A DNA stretch of 64,000 nucleotides, from the NCBI GenBank assembly GCA_965112735.1, contig OZ218965.1, positions 2,232,001 to 2,296,000 on the forward strand, read 5' to 3'. Below the pieces are notes generated by a model. The model did not search any database and was not told the DNA's origin. It saw nothing but the letters and a program-made list of their open reading frames with translations. Source of the DNA: Phaeosaccion multiseriatum (Eukaryota; Protista; Ochrophyta, other classes). Of the stretch, positions 36,061 to 50,159 are shown piece by piece; position 1 is the stretch's first letter; every line of letters begins with the position of its first letter. The translations under genes and the position numbers were made by a program.

Positions 36061-38658
36061 CAGCGCCAGGGGCCGCCGCCGGAGGAGGCTCGCCGGCAGA
36101 AGCAGAAGCAGGAGAAGAAGAAGGGGAAGCAGCAGCAGCAGGAGGAGGAGCAGGAGGAGGAGGAGGAGGAGGAGGAGGAGGAGGAGGAGGAGGAGGTGGG
36201 GAAGAGGCCAAGGCATCAGCAGCCGTGGCGAGTTCTAATACTGGTTATAGTGGCGGCCGCAGGGAGTGGAGGACCTCTGTTCGGGGGCTGCCCGAGGACT
36301 GGACCATCAACACGCGCATGAAAATCGAGGCCGCGGGCAGCTGTCTCGACTGTCTCAGGCATGTGGGGGGTCATGTGGACTACGACGGGATGTGTCGCTT
36401 CCTCAGGCAGAGCGCCGGCAGAGGCGGGCCGGAGGAGGAGGGGATGGGGGAGGAGGAGGAAGGGATGGGGGAGGAGGGAGAGGAAGAGGAGGACGAGGAG
36501 CAGGGGAAGGGGGAGAGGGCAGGGCGGCGTGGGAGGCAACCAGAGTCAGAGCGGCAGCGGCAGCGGCGACGGAGGCGGCGGGTTGAGCGGCGTCGCCAGC
36601 TGTTGGAGGAGTGGCGCTCTGCCGTCATGTACTATGCACACCCCTCAGCTGCGCTGCCCCCCGCCGCCCTCACACACCAGCACAGCGTGCTCTCTCCTCT
36701 GCAGGCGGACCCTGGCAGGGCACTTGTGTGTCACCCCCTCGCTGCTCACCCCAAGCCCTCAGTAGGCACCACCACCGGCTGGCAGGGCTTCTTCTGGTTA
36801 GTGAGCGGGAACGAGAGAGGAGGGAGGGGGAGAGAGAGGAGAGGGGGGAGAGGAGAGAGAAGGGGAGAGAGGGGGGAGAGAAGGGGAGAGAGAGGAGGGC
36901 CTTCTCGTTATATCCGCTCCGGTGCTCTGTTTGTTCTCTCTCCTTCCGTCAGTTGCCATTTGTTTGCCACGTGCCGGAAGGCCTCTCTCCCCGCCATCCA
37001 CTGCCATCCATTGGCATCCACTGCCACCTCCTACCCCCCTCCCCTCGCCAAGCTGTCGCCTCGTCCTCCCCTCCGTCCCTCCCCTCCGTCCCTCCCTCCC
37101 GCTTGGTGGTGTTCATCCTTGCCTACCTCCTTGACCCCCTCCACTTCCCGCTCCTCTCCCCTTTGCAGGCAGAGAAGGAGGGACTGGGAAGAGGCCTTTC
37201 GTAGCCTCTTCTTCGGCCTTATGGCCGCGGCAAAGGAGCAGCAGCTGGTGGAGAGGGAGAGGGAGAGGGAGAGGGAAAGGGAAGAGGCAAGCCGCGCCCC
37301 ATCGGGTCCTGACACCAATTGCTCCTCCTCAGGCAGCGGGGGCGGCTCTGGCAGCAGTGGCGGCCGTGACTGCTCCTTTTACGTCCGCTGGCCCTCCTAC
37401 GTTGTCCTGTTCAGACTCGGCCGCGTCACGGCTGAGGAGGGAGGAGAAGAGGAACGGGGGGGGGGGGGCGGGAAGAGCAAGGGCAAGGGCAAAGGCAAAG
37501 GCAAAGGCAAGGGCAAGGGCAATGGCAATGGCAATGGCAATGGCAATGGCAATGGCAATGGCAATGGCAATGGCAATGGCAATGGCAAGGGCAGGGGCAA
37601 TGGCAATGGCAATGGCAATGGCAATGGCAATGGCAATGGCAATGGCAATGGCAAGGGCAATGGCAATGCTGCAGGCGGCGATACAGCAGCTCGAGTCGCC
37701 CCCGTGGTGGTGGTGAGCCGCTCGACAGCCAAGCTTAGGCGCCGCTTGAGCGCGGCAAGGGTGCGCTTCTCCATGCCTCTCGCCCCTCAGGAGGGGGACA
37801 AGGAGAGGAGGTATATTGACCCATCCTCGCTGAGGGACGCCATGCTGCTGGGGGATGGGACGAGGGACTTCTCTGTCAACGATGACGAGCAGGACAAGGA
37901 TAAGGCGCCGCACCTCACCTGCCTCATCATTCAGGTGTGTGTGTGTGAGCGTGTGTGTGTGTGACTGTGTGTGTGAGTGTGTGTGTGTGTGTGTGTTTCT
38001 GTGAATCTCCGTGTGTGAGTGTGTGCGTGAGTGTGTGTGTCTATGTGTGTGAGTGAGTGTATTATGTCTGTGTGTCTGTGTGTGTCTGTGTGTGTGTGCG
38101 TGAGTGTGTGTGTGTCTGTGTGTGTATGTGTGTATGCTGTCTGGAGGGGGAGGAGGGGGGGGTTGGTGGGCTTCCATGCTTCGGAGCGCCCTCTCCGATG
38201 CACACACGCACACGCACACACATACACACACATACACACGTACAGAGAGAGAGAGACACGTACACACGTACAGAGAGAGAGAGACACGTACACACGCGCT
38301 CGCAGCCCCAATAATCCAATGCCCCCCCCCCCCCCCATATGCCTCCATCCTTCCATATGCCTCCATCCTTCCATATGCCTCCATCCTTCCATATGCCTCC
38401 ATCCTTCCATATGCCTCCATCCTTCCATATGCCTCCATCCTTTAATATGCCTCCATCCTTCCATATGCCTCTATCCTTCCATATGCCTCCATCGCGCAGG
38501 GCCGCTTGGCGGTGCTGGGCATGTTCGACTTCCTTCTCGCGGAGTGCAGCCTGGGGTCAGGATCAGGGGCGGGGGGGGCGGGGGGGGGGCGCAGCACGGA
38601 CGTTCCCCTGCTGCTGTCACGCTCGCCCTTCTCTGGCGCCTGCCTCAGGGAGTTGCAG

Positions 38659-38713
<55 letters not shown>

Positions 38714-39569
38714 TGTGCGTGGGTATGTGCAGGGAGGAGCGAGCACTTCGGTCCTTCCCAGCCTGACGTACTGCGCCTCGCTGACTTACTGCCCCCTATA
38801 GGTGAAGTCGCATACCCGCGTCACGGCCGCCCCTGTACCCCCTGGGCCTCTCCGCACCAACCCCTCCGCCCCCTCCAACGGTCAGATGGTTAGTAACGGT
38901 CAGATGGTTAGTAACGGTCAGATGGTTAGTCAGATGGTGGTGCTGGTGGGGCAGATCCTTCCCTCTGCGGTGAGGACCATCGCCAAAGTGCTGGGGCCGC
39001 TGTGCGAGCTCGAGGGTGAGGCGGCGACAGAAGAGCAGCAGCACAGGGGAGGGGGGGGGGAGGGGAAGGACAGGGAGAAGGAGGAGGGTGGTGAGGAGGA
39101 GGAGGGTGGTGAGGAGGGGGAGGGAAGGGGGCAAGAGGACGATGAGGAGGACGCGCTTTTCAGGGCGACTTTGACTGCCGATCCAGAGACGGTGTTCCTC
39201 AGCGCCGCTTCCACCAAGGCGGGCGTGCGCGTGCATCGCTGTCGGCCCTCGCCGTCTGTAACTGTAAGGGGGTTGCGGAAGTGTGTGCCATACCGTCCAC
39301 GGCCAGCCGCATCCCCGCGGGGCGAGGAGCAGCGCGACCGAGAGAGGGAGGAGAGACAAGAGAGGGAGGAGAGGGGGGGCGGGGTGGGCGGGTATGTGGT
39401 GGAACTCAACTCGCACCGCTCTCTACGAGGGGCAGCGGTCACAGATGGCAGGGAACGGTTACATCCACAGTCAGAGCAGTTGGTGATACAGCCACCGCCG
39501 ACCTACCTCTACGACGCCGAGGTAGCCTACCCCGCCCTGCACGCAGATGCACGAGTGCGCTTCACCTAA
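34704..39569 (+). CDS. DONSON: Protein downstream neighbor of Son (DNA replication factor)
   Basis: Exons 34704-36796, 37169-37934, 38500-38658, 38802-39569. Family-like motifs: LPEDWTINTRMKI, WRSAVMYYAHP, WEEAFRSLFFGL, CSFYVRWPSYVVLFR, VVSRSTAKLRRRL..VRFSMPL, GRLAVLGMFDFLL, VPLLLSRSPFSGA, LVGQILP. Confidence 0.85.
37478..37668 (+). repeat. Coding (GGCAAR/GGCAAT)n repeat encoding poly-GK/poly-GN inside DONSON
   Basis: Seen directly within the exon at 37169-37934. Confidence 0.9.
38335..38492. repeat. 21-bp intronic minisatellite (ccatatgcctccatccttccatatg...)
   Basis: About 7 copies immediately upstream of the 38500 acceptor. Confidence 0.9.
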
Positions 39570-40644
39570 GCTCTCTTCTGCCTTAAGCTTCGGTAACTTG
39601 CCGTTGCTTGAGCTTACTTTGAATGTTAATGCTAATGAATGCCTGTCCATTGACCAATTGACTGATCATCGTCTGTGGCCCAGCCGGCCGGGGGGAGGGA
39701 GATGGGACTCTGGTTTCCGATTCCAGGCTCTCCTCTGCCTCTGTCTATCCAGGGAGAGGGAGAGAGACTGTGGGGCTCTACATGGGATGGCAGCAGATGG
39801 AGGAAGAGATGACCCCCATCGTTACAGAAGATGACCCTCGGCAGGTGCCTGTTGGAGGTCGTCAGTGTTCAGTTTTCAGTTTTCAGCTTTTATGTGACAT
39901 TGTCAATATCGAACACCATAAACGGAGTCGATATCGAAGGATCCAACCTCAGAGTCGCTGAAAATGAAGTCAATGAATGCTCCGCCGCCTTAGGGTGCCT
40001 TCCCTTCCAGCGGTGGGCCGCCAGGTGTCTCCCCCCCCACCCACCAAGCTAACACAGGAGCTAAGCTCCTCCCCACACATCCGCGCGAGAGGCTAGAGGG
40101 ATGGCAGTAGATGGAGAGTGATGGCAGGTCACAAGCTCGTGGCGAGGCGTGGGAGTCGCTCTCCATCTACTGCCATCGCTCTCCCTCTCTCTCCACCTTT
40201 CTCGCTCTTTCTCTCTCCCGCCGCGCCTCAAAAATGGCCTTCCCTCCTCCTTGCTTTTCTATGCCCCCCTGATTCACTGCTTGGCTTCACTGCTGGACTT
40301 GGCTGCTGGGCTCGGCTGCTCGGCTGCTGGGCTTGGCTGCTCGGCTGTTCGGCTTGGCTGCTCGGCTGCTGGGCTCCCGTCCGCAATGCGAAACCCCTCC
40401 CCGGCCGATCGAACAAGGAGCAATGCCATGGAGCAATGCCATGGAGCAATGCCATGAAGCAATGCCATGAAGCCGTGGTGCAGCACCGTTCAATAACTCT
40501 AACTCAAACACCAGCCCCGCCCACCGCGGCCCTATCCGCTGCCATCCCCCCGCCCTGGCCCCATCCACTGCCATCTCCCCGCCCCGCCCCTCGCTTCACG
40601 GCACAACCTAACCCCTCCCCTCCCTTCCCCTCGATTCGATTCAC

Positions 40645-42505
40645 TTAAGACTGTTTGCACTCCTGCTCCACCGCCTCCCCCCCCGGTGGGGAACCCTCCG
40701 CCCTTCCGTCCCCCTCCCCTCCCCTGCCCTGCGTTGCCCCGGCCCCCTCCGCGCTGCTGCCCTTGGACTTGCCCCCACCCTCGAGGAGGTCGTCCTCATC
40801 GTCGTCGTCCTCCTCCTCTTCCTCCACGGCCTCCCCTGTGAACCACATGACGGCGTTGGGGATGAGGTGGTTGCGGAAGATGAGGGCAACTTCGTAGTCC
40901 ATCTCGAAGTTGAAGTTGTAGGGCATCTCCTGTTACAGTCAGAGCACAGGGCAGAGGGCAGGGCAGGGTGGGAGGACAGAGGGCAGAAGAGCACAAGAGC
41001 AGAAGAGGGAAGAAGACATGTAGAGGCATACAGGCAAGGGGTAATGGTGGGTTAGTGGAGCCGCTCGAGAGAGGCAGTGAGGCATACAGGGGGTGGCGAG
41101 AGCCGTGGCTGTCCTTCTGGAGAGGTGCCCCCTCAAGGCGTAATATTATTAACACAAGTCTCCCTTCGTCCATATGCTGCGCTGCTGCACTGCTACGATG
41201 CGACGCCCACCTACTACGAAGAGCACCCCCCCCCCCCCCCCTCCTCCTCCTCCTCCTCCTCCTCCTCCTCTTCGTCCTCCTCCTCCTCCTCCTCCCCCTC
41301 CTCCTCCTCCTCCTCCTCCTCCTCCTCCTCCTCCTCCTCCTCCTCCTCCTCCTCCTCCTCCTCGTCCTCCTCCTCCTCCTCCTCGTCCTCCCCCTCCTCC
41401 TCCTAGTTCTCCTCCTCCTCCTCCAGCTCCTCCTCCTCCTCCTCCTCCTCGTCCTCGTCCTCTTCCTCTTCCTCCCTGTCCCGCTCAAACAGTTTCTTTG
41501 AGCAAACCCCCCCACACTCATACGCTCCAACACCCCCCCCCTCCCCCACTCACCTCATCATCGTCATCCTCGTCCTCTGCCTCCGGGTTGTACATGATCG
41601 GCTCCAGGAAGAACTTGAAGAACGACTCTTTGGGGGTGACCTTTGGGATGGGGGTGGGGGGGAGAGAGAGAAGGAGGGAGGGGGCGTGAGCTGAAACGGA
41701 AGGAGAGCGCGCCTTTCAACAGCAGAGGCCCAAAGGCGAGGGCCAAAGGCGAGGGCCAAAGGTGATGGGCTGACCTGCCCCACATCGTGCCGAGAATTTT
41801 GATATGGACACATGAGGAATCCGCTTTTCTGTTGAGCAGTGAAGAACCACCCGCTCACTGACTGACTCACTGACTGGCTCACTGACTGACTGACTGACTC
41901 GCTGACTGACTGACTCACTGACTGACTGACTGACTGACTCACTGACTGACTCACTGACTGACTTGCTCACTGACTGACTCACTGACTGACTGACTGACTG
42001 ATTGACTGACTGACTCACTGACTGACTGACTGACTGACTCACTGACTGACTGACTGACTGACTGACTGACTGACTGACTGACTGACTCACTGACTGACTG
42101 ACTCACTGACTCACTGACTGACTGACTGATTGACTGACTGACTCACCTGTTTGACCGTGCGCACCTCGCCCTTGTTCTTCCCCACGCGCTTGCGGACCTT
42201 CTTGGTCACTGATGTCTCGCAGAGGTTCATGCCCTGTGTGCATTGAGTGTATTGAATGAATTGAGTACATTGCGTGCAGGGCAGGGCAGCGCGACAAGAG
42301 GTCGAGGGTATGGGAAACACAAGTGTGAGGGTGGGCGTGAGGGTCGGCGTGAGGGCGTGCATGGCCCGAGAGAAGTGACCAACCGACCGACCGACCGACA
42401 GAGAAAGGGGCAATGGGACAATGGGACAATGGGACAATGCCACAGGCCGGACATGCGCTGTCTGTCTCTGTCTGTCTGTCTGTCTGTCAGTCAGTCAGTC
42501 AGTCA

Positions 42506-42545
<40 letters not shown>

Positions 42546-42580
42546 GTCTGCCTGTCTGTCTGCCTGTCTGTCTCTCTCTC

Positions 42581-42647
<67 letters not shown>

Positions 42648-43368
42648 GCCTGTCGGTCTGTCTGCCGTCCGTCCAGTGCCATCTTCGTTACCTTGGTCCA
42701 GTTGATATCACAGCCGACCACCTTCTCCAGCAGAGGCTCGCCCTGAGGTACACATATACACACAGTGTGAGACATCAGGTGTGAGGGATGCATTGGGGGC
42801 GTGAGGGATGCGACGTCGTACTGGACAGCACGAGAACGCAGCTCAGAGAGAGGCAGGGACAGAGAGAGAGGGGTCAAGAGGGAGGCAGGCAGAGAGAGAG
42901 AGAAAGAGAGAGAAACAGAGAGAGGAGAGAGAGAGAGGTCTAGTGGGAGAGAGAGACACAAAGAGAGAGAGAGGGAGAGGCAGAGGGGGGTCGAGCACGC
43001 CGGTCCACTGTATGCCATTCAGGCGCTGACACCAGGTCCTGACTGACTGACAGACAGACAGACAGACTGACTGACTGAATGACTGACTGGCCGACTGAAT
43101 GACTGGCTCACCTGGTCCATGATGTTGGCCGTTTCGTAGGCCTTGGTGAGGACCTTGTCGCTGAAGTAGTCGCAGTCCTCCGAGAAATGGAACTCCAGCG
43201 TGAAGCCCATCAGATCCTCCCTCTCCACACACCTGCAGGTACACGCACACGCACACGCACATACGGGGAAGGGCAGGGCCACGCACACGCACATACGGGG
43301 AAGGGCAGGGCAAAGGTGAGGGCGTTGATGCACGGGCCCCAGAGAGAGAGAGAGAGAGAGAGAAAGAA

Positions 43369-43443
<75 letters not shown>

Positions 43444-43472
43444 AGAGAGAGAGAGAGAGAAAGAAAGAAAGG

Positions 43473-43536
<64 letters not shown>

Positions 43537-46260
43537 AAGAGCTGCAGACAGCGCCAAAGAGCGTGGGCTGGACTGAAAAGATTGACCAGTGAGAATTGTG
43601 AGTGAGTCAGGGAAGGAACAACGGGCGTCCTCTTCCTCCCTCGCCTGCCTCGCACTGACTGACCCCACTCGTCACTGACAGCAGGTACATCTACTCCGAC
43701 ACCGACTTACTTGACGTCCTGCAGGAAGGAGAGGCACTCCATGTCCTCCTCTGTTATGAACTCTGCGAGGGCTTCGTGGTGCAGCATTGATTGCATCCAA
43801 AAGTTGGGCAGTCCCGGGGGGGCGTCTTCCTCCTCCTGAAGGGGGCGGGGGGCATGCGATGGGAGGGAGTGAGGGAGGGAGGTAGGGGAGTGAGTGAGTG
43901 AGTGAGTGAGTGAGTGAGTGGGTGAGTGAGTGAGTGAGTGAGTGTGTGAGAAAGTCAGGGAGGGAGGGAAGGAGGGAGGGAGGGAGGGAGGGAGGGAGGG
44001 AGGGAGGGAGGGAGGGAGGGAGGGAGGGAGGGAGGGAGGGAGGGAGGGAGGGAGGGAGGGAGGCCCTGACTTACCTCCTCCTCCTCCTCCTCGTCCCCGA
44101 GGTCCACTCCGCTCACGTCCACTTCCCCGGCGATGACCTTCCTCCGCTCGGCGTACAGCGGCTCGTACTCGGCCCGGTACCTGCGGGTGTAGAGAAGGAG
44201 TGGTAATGCGAGGGGGTATAGAGAAGGTGCGGTAATGCGATGGGGTATAGAGAATGAGTGGCAATGTGAGGGGGTATACAGAAGGAGTGGCAATGTGAGG
44301 GGGTATAGAGAATGAGTGGTAATGCGATGGGGTACAGAGAAGGAGTGGCAATGTGAGGGGGTATAGAGAGGAGTGGCAATGTGAGGGGGTATAGAGAATG
44401 AGTGGTAATGCGATGGGTTATAGAGAAGGAGTGGCAATGCGAGGGGGTATAGAGAAGGAGTGGCAATGTGAGGGGGTATAGAGAATGAGTGGCAATGCGA
44501 GGGGGTATAGAGAAGGAGTGGCAATGTGAGGGGGTATAGAGAAGGAGTGGCAATGTGAGGGGGTATAGAGAAGGAGTGGCAATGTGAGGGGGTATAGAGA
44601 AGGAGTGGCAATGTGAGGGGGTATAGAGAATGAGTGGTAATGCGATGGGGTATAGAGAAGGAGTGGCAATGTGAGGGGGTATAGCCCGAGCGGGAAGACA
44701 ACAGGGGGGACAGTGAGAAGATGGAGGAGAGGGGCCACAGAGAGAGTCGAAGTGAGGGGCCACAGAGAGAGTCGAAGTGAGGGGCCACAGAGAGAGTCGA
44801 AGTGAGGGGCCACAGAGAGAGTCGAAGTGAGGGGCCACAGAGAGAGTCGAAGTGAGGGGCCACAGAGAGAGTCGAAGTGAGGGGCCACAGAGAGAGTCGA
44901 AGTGAGGGAGTCTCGAGAGGGGGCGTCGACACAGAAAGATGGCAGAGACTATCGAGGAGAGGGGTAAGGCCACACAGAGTTTCGATGGTGGGGGTATCGT
45001 ATCGACGAGCAGAGGGGCCATGCAAGACAGGAGAAAGTAAGAAAGTAGGGGGAGAGGGGCCACGCAAGATAGGAGAAAGTAGGGGGAGAGGGGTGTCTCC
45101 AAGCCAAAGCCCCAAGCTCACAGTGTCTGATCCGAAGCACCAATGCACTCACTTGGCCTCGAGCTGCTGTCTGTCGACCTTGTACTGTGCCTCGAGGTCG
45201 TCTCTCTTGGCCTGCAGGCCCTGCAGCACCGCCAGGCACTGAATGCCCTTCCTAGACAGGGCGAGCCCCCCATCGTCATCCTCTTCCCCCTCTATGTAAT
45301 CCTCATCCTCGTCCTCCTCGCCGTACTCGTCTTCGTCCGCAAAATCCTTCTCGATATCTACCCCGCCCCCCTCCGCCGGTGCCGGTGCTTCTCCCTCTAC
45401 CTCTGCTTCACCCCCCTCTGCTCCCTCCGCTCCCTCCGCTTCTGCCCCCGTCGGTGTCTGCGCAAACGGAAGCGAGACAAGTTCCCCTCTCAAGTTAGAA
45501 GCATATGTACACGCTCGCTCCCACCGGGCAAGAGGGGGTGAACCTGTTCGCGCCAACGCAGTTCTCGGCACAGCAGACTCTATCCTCTACCAACACCCAC
45601 ACCTCATCCACGAGCACCCCCCCCCCCACGGCTGGCTGCTCCACCGCAAACACACCAACCCGCGGCAAAGGCGTGCGGCCTCACCTCGAGGTCTTCCAGC
45701 TTGGCTTGCAGAGCGGCGATCTCGTCTGAACGATGGACAGTGGGGGGGCAAGAGAAAAATGGGAGGAAAGAGGTAGAGAGGGGGTGCAAAGAGAAAGGGA
45801 GGACAATGTTGAGGGGAGGTATCCACGAGTCAATGAAGGAGGGTTCGGGCCACAACAGAAGAGGTGTGTGTGTGTGTGTGTGAGGAGGCCAGGTGAACAA
45901 GGAAGAGGGGCCGCCCGCCTTCACTTGGGACGTGTTGGCACGTTCAATGGCGGTGTTCAGTTGGCCGCACTTCACTCACTGTTCGGCGGCGACGGTGCGC
46001 TAACGCCACTCAGGGAAGACTGGCTTTCAGATCTGTGGGCACGGGTCCCGAGTAGAAATGAGGGGTCGGAGGAGAAGGGAGGCAAAGATACAGAGGGGGG
46101 GGGGGGGGTAGGGGGAGAATGAGAAACAGGGAAAAGATAAATAACAAGGAACCACAAATTGTGGACAGAAGATTCAGTGGACGACATCGAGCACTGCAGC
46201 CACTTACGCGTTGGGCGTGTTGAAGGGAGGGGGGGGGGGCAGTTCTGTTCTGTCCGCCAT
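40645..46260 (-). CDS. NAP1: Nucleosome assembly protein 1 family histone chaperone
   Basis: Exons 46260-46208, 46032-45980, 45725-45685, 45457-45153, 44180-44075, 43835-43711, 43232-43112, 42742-42692, 42233-42147, 41640-41554, 40929-40645, all with consistent phases. Motifs: YEPLYAERRKVIAGE, GLPNFW, GFTLEFHF..YFSDKVLTKAY, GCDINW, ESFFKFF, DYEVALIFRNHLIPNAVMWFTGEA, acidic tail. Confidence 0.95.
44188..44910. repeat. Two adjacent intronic minisatellites in NAP1: ~29-bp (gtatagagaaggagtggcaatgtgagggg) at 44188-44684 and 29-bp (ggggccacagagagagtcgaagtga...) at 44730-44910
   Basis: Seen directly. Confidence 0.9.
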
Positions 46261-46543
46261 CTTGGGCGATGGGGGTCTCCTGAAGAGGGAATTCGGACCT
46301 TCTTGGCTCTGCGAAGCAACTACACGACACAGAAGGAGGCACAGATGAGAAGCCGCCCAAGCACTTCTCCGTTGTCAATCAGGGAAGCCACTTACTCTGC
46401 AACGGGAGGAGAGGTGTGTTTTTTGGAAAAAAGGGAATCACTCGTTTGAACAGCGACGAAAGCCGGTTAACTGAAACTCAACAATGGGTAAAACGAAACT
46501 TAAACTACAGTTACATTCCCCTTTGGAGAAAAAATGCGCAAAA

Positions 46544-47739
46544 ATGTGGCTGCCGTGGGTGGCCCTGTGTGCGGCTCTGCTGCCCTTGTGTGGCGCAACC
46601 AGTACCACCTCTGGAAGCGAGAATCAGGAGCAAGAGCTTCATATCTATGATCCCAATGGTTCTACCGTATGGCGTCTGGGAGAGGTGAGCCATCATATCT
46701 GCTGTTCGTGCGACCGTCTCGTCTCTGCGTGAGGCGACGATGAAGTCTCTATCACCTCCTGATGCCCTGCGCTTCGTTTTTCTGTGTTCGCAGATGGAGA
46801 CGGTGTACTTCTACTGCGAGAACGTGGTCGACCCCGTCTCCGTGACGCTCTTCAAGTGAGTACTGCACACGCACGGTGTGTACGGTACAATTATCACAAC
46901 CAAGTGACTCACGTCTCTTGCCAATGAATCAGGGGAGGCGAGTTTGTGGAGACTCTATTCGAGTCCACGGCGTGCGATGGGCAGCAGGACTACAGAGTGC
47001 CCTCCGAGCTGGCCATCGGGAGCGACTACACAGCGGAGGTAAGACGCTACACTATGCTGCTTCCTCCTCGCCCAATCGGTGTTGGGCCCTCACGAACACC
47101 TCCCTCCACACAGGTGCTCGGCCTGGGAGAGGGCTCTTCCCTCAGCGATGCCACACCTGCGTTTACAGTCGCAGTACGAGAGCGCGTGGAGTTCACTGTT
47201 CCCACGTCCACCACTCGCTGGGAGCGGGGCTCTACTCAATTCGTGCGGTGGCGGAGCAGCGGCCATCCGATGGAGGCGATCGACGCAGAGCTCTGGCGAG
47301 TGGGGGAGGGGGGGGAGGATGATGAGCTCATTGACGGCATCGCCACCGCCACCGAGGACCGAGGATATGTGGTGTGGGCAATCTCCGATTCCTTGCGGGA
47401 AGGCTGGTACAAGGTGCGTGGCGTGCCTGGCCGGGGGAAGATGGCAGGGGATGGCGAGGGACAGAGAGTGGCGTGCCTGGCCGGGGGAAGATGGCAGGGG
47501 ATGGCGAGGGACAGAGACACGGAGGCGCTCGGAAGGTAACGGGTCAGTACCAGCCACCAGATAGTCGGGCTTCTCGTGCTGCCGTGGAGCCTTGCTCCTG
47601 TGCTGCTGTGACATTGCTGCCGTCCTTTCCGCTGAATGAGAAAAGGCGAAGGCGCGTCGAAGTGCTGCAGTGCCTCCACCACGCGTTCCGTGTTGCCTCA
47701 TCTTGCTCCTCTCTGTCTGTGCCGCCCATTTCCTCTGTA

Positions 47740-47822
<83 letters not shown>

Positions 47823-49678
47823 AGATTCATGTGGCGAGTACCGCTGATCCCACCACCCGCTACTGGAGAAGCGAGGCCTTCGGAGTGCTCCGAGACGTGC
47901 CCTCCCTCTCCCTCACTCAGCCCACTAAGGGCCAGACCGTAGAGACACTAGGTGAGCAGTCGGTGCTACGCGGTACGGGGGGGAAGGAGGAATGGAGCGC
48001 CTCCCCTTCTCCCTGCACACAGCCATGGTCGAACCCCACCCCTCCCTCCCTCCTTTCCCCCGCCCGCTGCATGTCATGCCCCCCGACACCGCGGAGAGGC
48101 CGGTGCTGCGCCCTCTCGACTGTGATGTCACGCTGACGTCACGCTCTCTGCCCTGTTTCCCGTGCCGTGCCACTGCCAGGCTTCTTTGACGTGAAGTGGA
48201 CGTCCGAGGGCCTCATCCCCTCCGTCTCCCTGGACCTCTACAACAACAACACCTTTCTGGAAACCATCGCCGCCAGCGTACCCACCGGCTTGGGCGGCGG
48301 CTCCTTCAACTGGACGGTGCCCGCCCTGGAGACCGGAGACGCCTTTGAGATCAGAATCAGAGCCGACGCGGGCGCCGACTCCGTGTCCGGCTCCGACACC
48401 CTCGCATCCCTCTTAGCTGCTCATGCCAGCACCGGTCTGTTTCGCATCCAAGAAGCCGGCTTCGAGGACAGGGGCTTTCAGGCGGCCGAGGAGGGCGAGG
48501 ACGGAGGGGGGACGTCCATGTCCTCCCCCGGGGCGGTGACGGGTATGGCGATGGCCTTTGCCGTGTTCGGAGTGGTCGGACTGGCAGGGGGGGCTCGGTG
48601 GAGGCAGCAACGGAGAGAAGACGGCATGCTCAACGATATCGTGCCCTTCTACAACGATGACGGACAAAAGGTAAGGTTTCCCGACTGATGAAGCGGAGTG
48701 GGGCAGTGCAGCCCATGCCTCGACTTGACGATTCGCCGACAGGGGTGGAGGCATGGACCTGCATCTGCATCACAGCGGACACCCGAGGGGGGGGGGGGCT
48801 CCTCTCGCCCTCTCTCTCTCCCTGTCTCTCTGTCTGTCTCTCTGTCTCTCCCCCATTCCGTCACGCTGCACGTCCACACGCCCTCCCTGCTTTCGCAACG
48901 CCCAAACCAAACCCTGACCCCCCCCCTCTCCCTCCCTCCCTCTGTCCCTCAAGGTGCCGGAGGCGTACCTCGGCGACCTCGATCAGCCCGGGGGCCGTGT
49001 GCCCGCCCACTCCTACCTGCGCTGGCACAAGAAGGACACCACCCACAAGGAAGGGCCCAATGCCTCCTCCTCGTCGTCCTCCTCCTTCATGGGTTTGCAC
49101 AAGCTTCGAGCCGGCCTGGCCAAGGGTCTCGGTGGCAGGGGTAGGAGCACCAAAGAGGCCCAGCGCGTGTACACAGTGTCTGGGCCTAGCGGCTCTGCCT
49201 CTCCGCCGAGCAGTCCGGCGCCCTTGTCCATCATCGTCTCCACCCAAGGCTTCTTGGGCGGTGCAAACAGCGAGGCGGCGTCGTGGGATGAAGGGGACGA
49301 GCAAGTCAATGGTGAGGCTCTGCACAGGATAGGGGGTAACGCTCACGTGGGCGCCTTCGCTATAGGTAACGGACTCGCGGGCCCGCCGTCGCCGGAGATG
49401 GTAGCAGATGCGAGCTTGGCGGGTCGAGCTCCAGAGGAGATGGAGGAGGGGGGTTTGGCCCCAGGGAGGGGCTCCCATACCTCAGATGGCGGCGGCGCGG
49501 AGGAGGAACATGCACCCGGGCGCGAGGCGGACGACGAAGTCAGCGTTGCCAGTCGCCAGAGCAGTAAGAGTAGCATCAGCAGCATCAGCGGTGGCAGCAA
49601 GATGGGACGTGTGTCGGGTTCAGCCCTATCCGCGTCAGCACTGGGCTCGAACGGTTCCGGCCGGATGGAACATTCGCA

Positions 49679-49711
<33 letters not shown>

Positions 49712-50048
49712 AGAGGAGGAGAAGGAGGAGGAGGAGGAGGAAGAGGAGAAGGAGGAAGAGCCGGTAGCGCTGTCCCTTCCTGCTCCTTCGGACTCCGACC
49801 CCACCGCGGAGCAAGGACGGGGCGAGGGAAGCGGCACCTCGTCACAGAGCCCTCCTCGCTCTCTCTCTCCCTCCCCCAGTGCGGTGTTCCCCATCCAACA
49901 CCTAGAGGGAGCTCTACGGCACCACTCAGACGGATTGACGCGGAGGGCGGCACGGGGGGGCGGAGGTGGGGGTGAATCCACCACTGATATGGACGGGGAG
50001 GGGGAGGAGGACGACGAAGAGGAGGAGCAGGGCGGGAGGAGGACCTGA
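46544..50048 (+). CDS. Type-I membrane protein with three Kre9/KNH1-like (Ser-Thr-rich GPI-anchored family) Ig-like repeats and a disordered cytoplasmic tail
   Basis: Signal peptide MWLPWVALCAALLPLCGA. Repeats ..IYDPNGSTVWRLGE, ..FTVPTSTTRWERGSTQFVRW, ..LTQPTKGQ..FDVKWTSEG..VSLDLY..GSFNWTVP..FEIRI. TM segment AVTGMAMAFAVFGVVGLAGGA followed by RWRQQRR. Exons 46544-46684, 46794-46855, 46933-47038, 47114-47413, 47825-47951, 48180-48670, 48954-50048. Head-to-head with NAP1. Confidence 0.75.
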
Positions 50049-50159
50049 CCCATCGCTCTACCAATGAAAGTATGTCAATGAAAGTATGTGGCGCTACTTC
50101 CTCATGGCCCTGCTTGAAGGACTGAGAGAAGCGAGTCACGGATAGCGAGGGTAGGCAGT

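Noticed and set aside
41230-41480. Acidic (GAG)n exon of NAP1
   Set aside because: The Glu frame contains a TAG, and the flanking exons join in frame without it.
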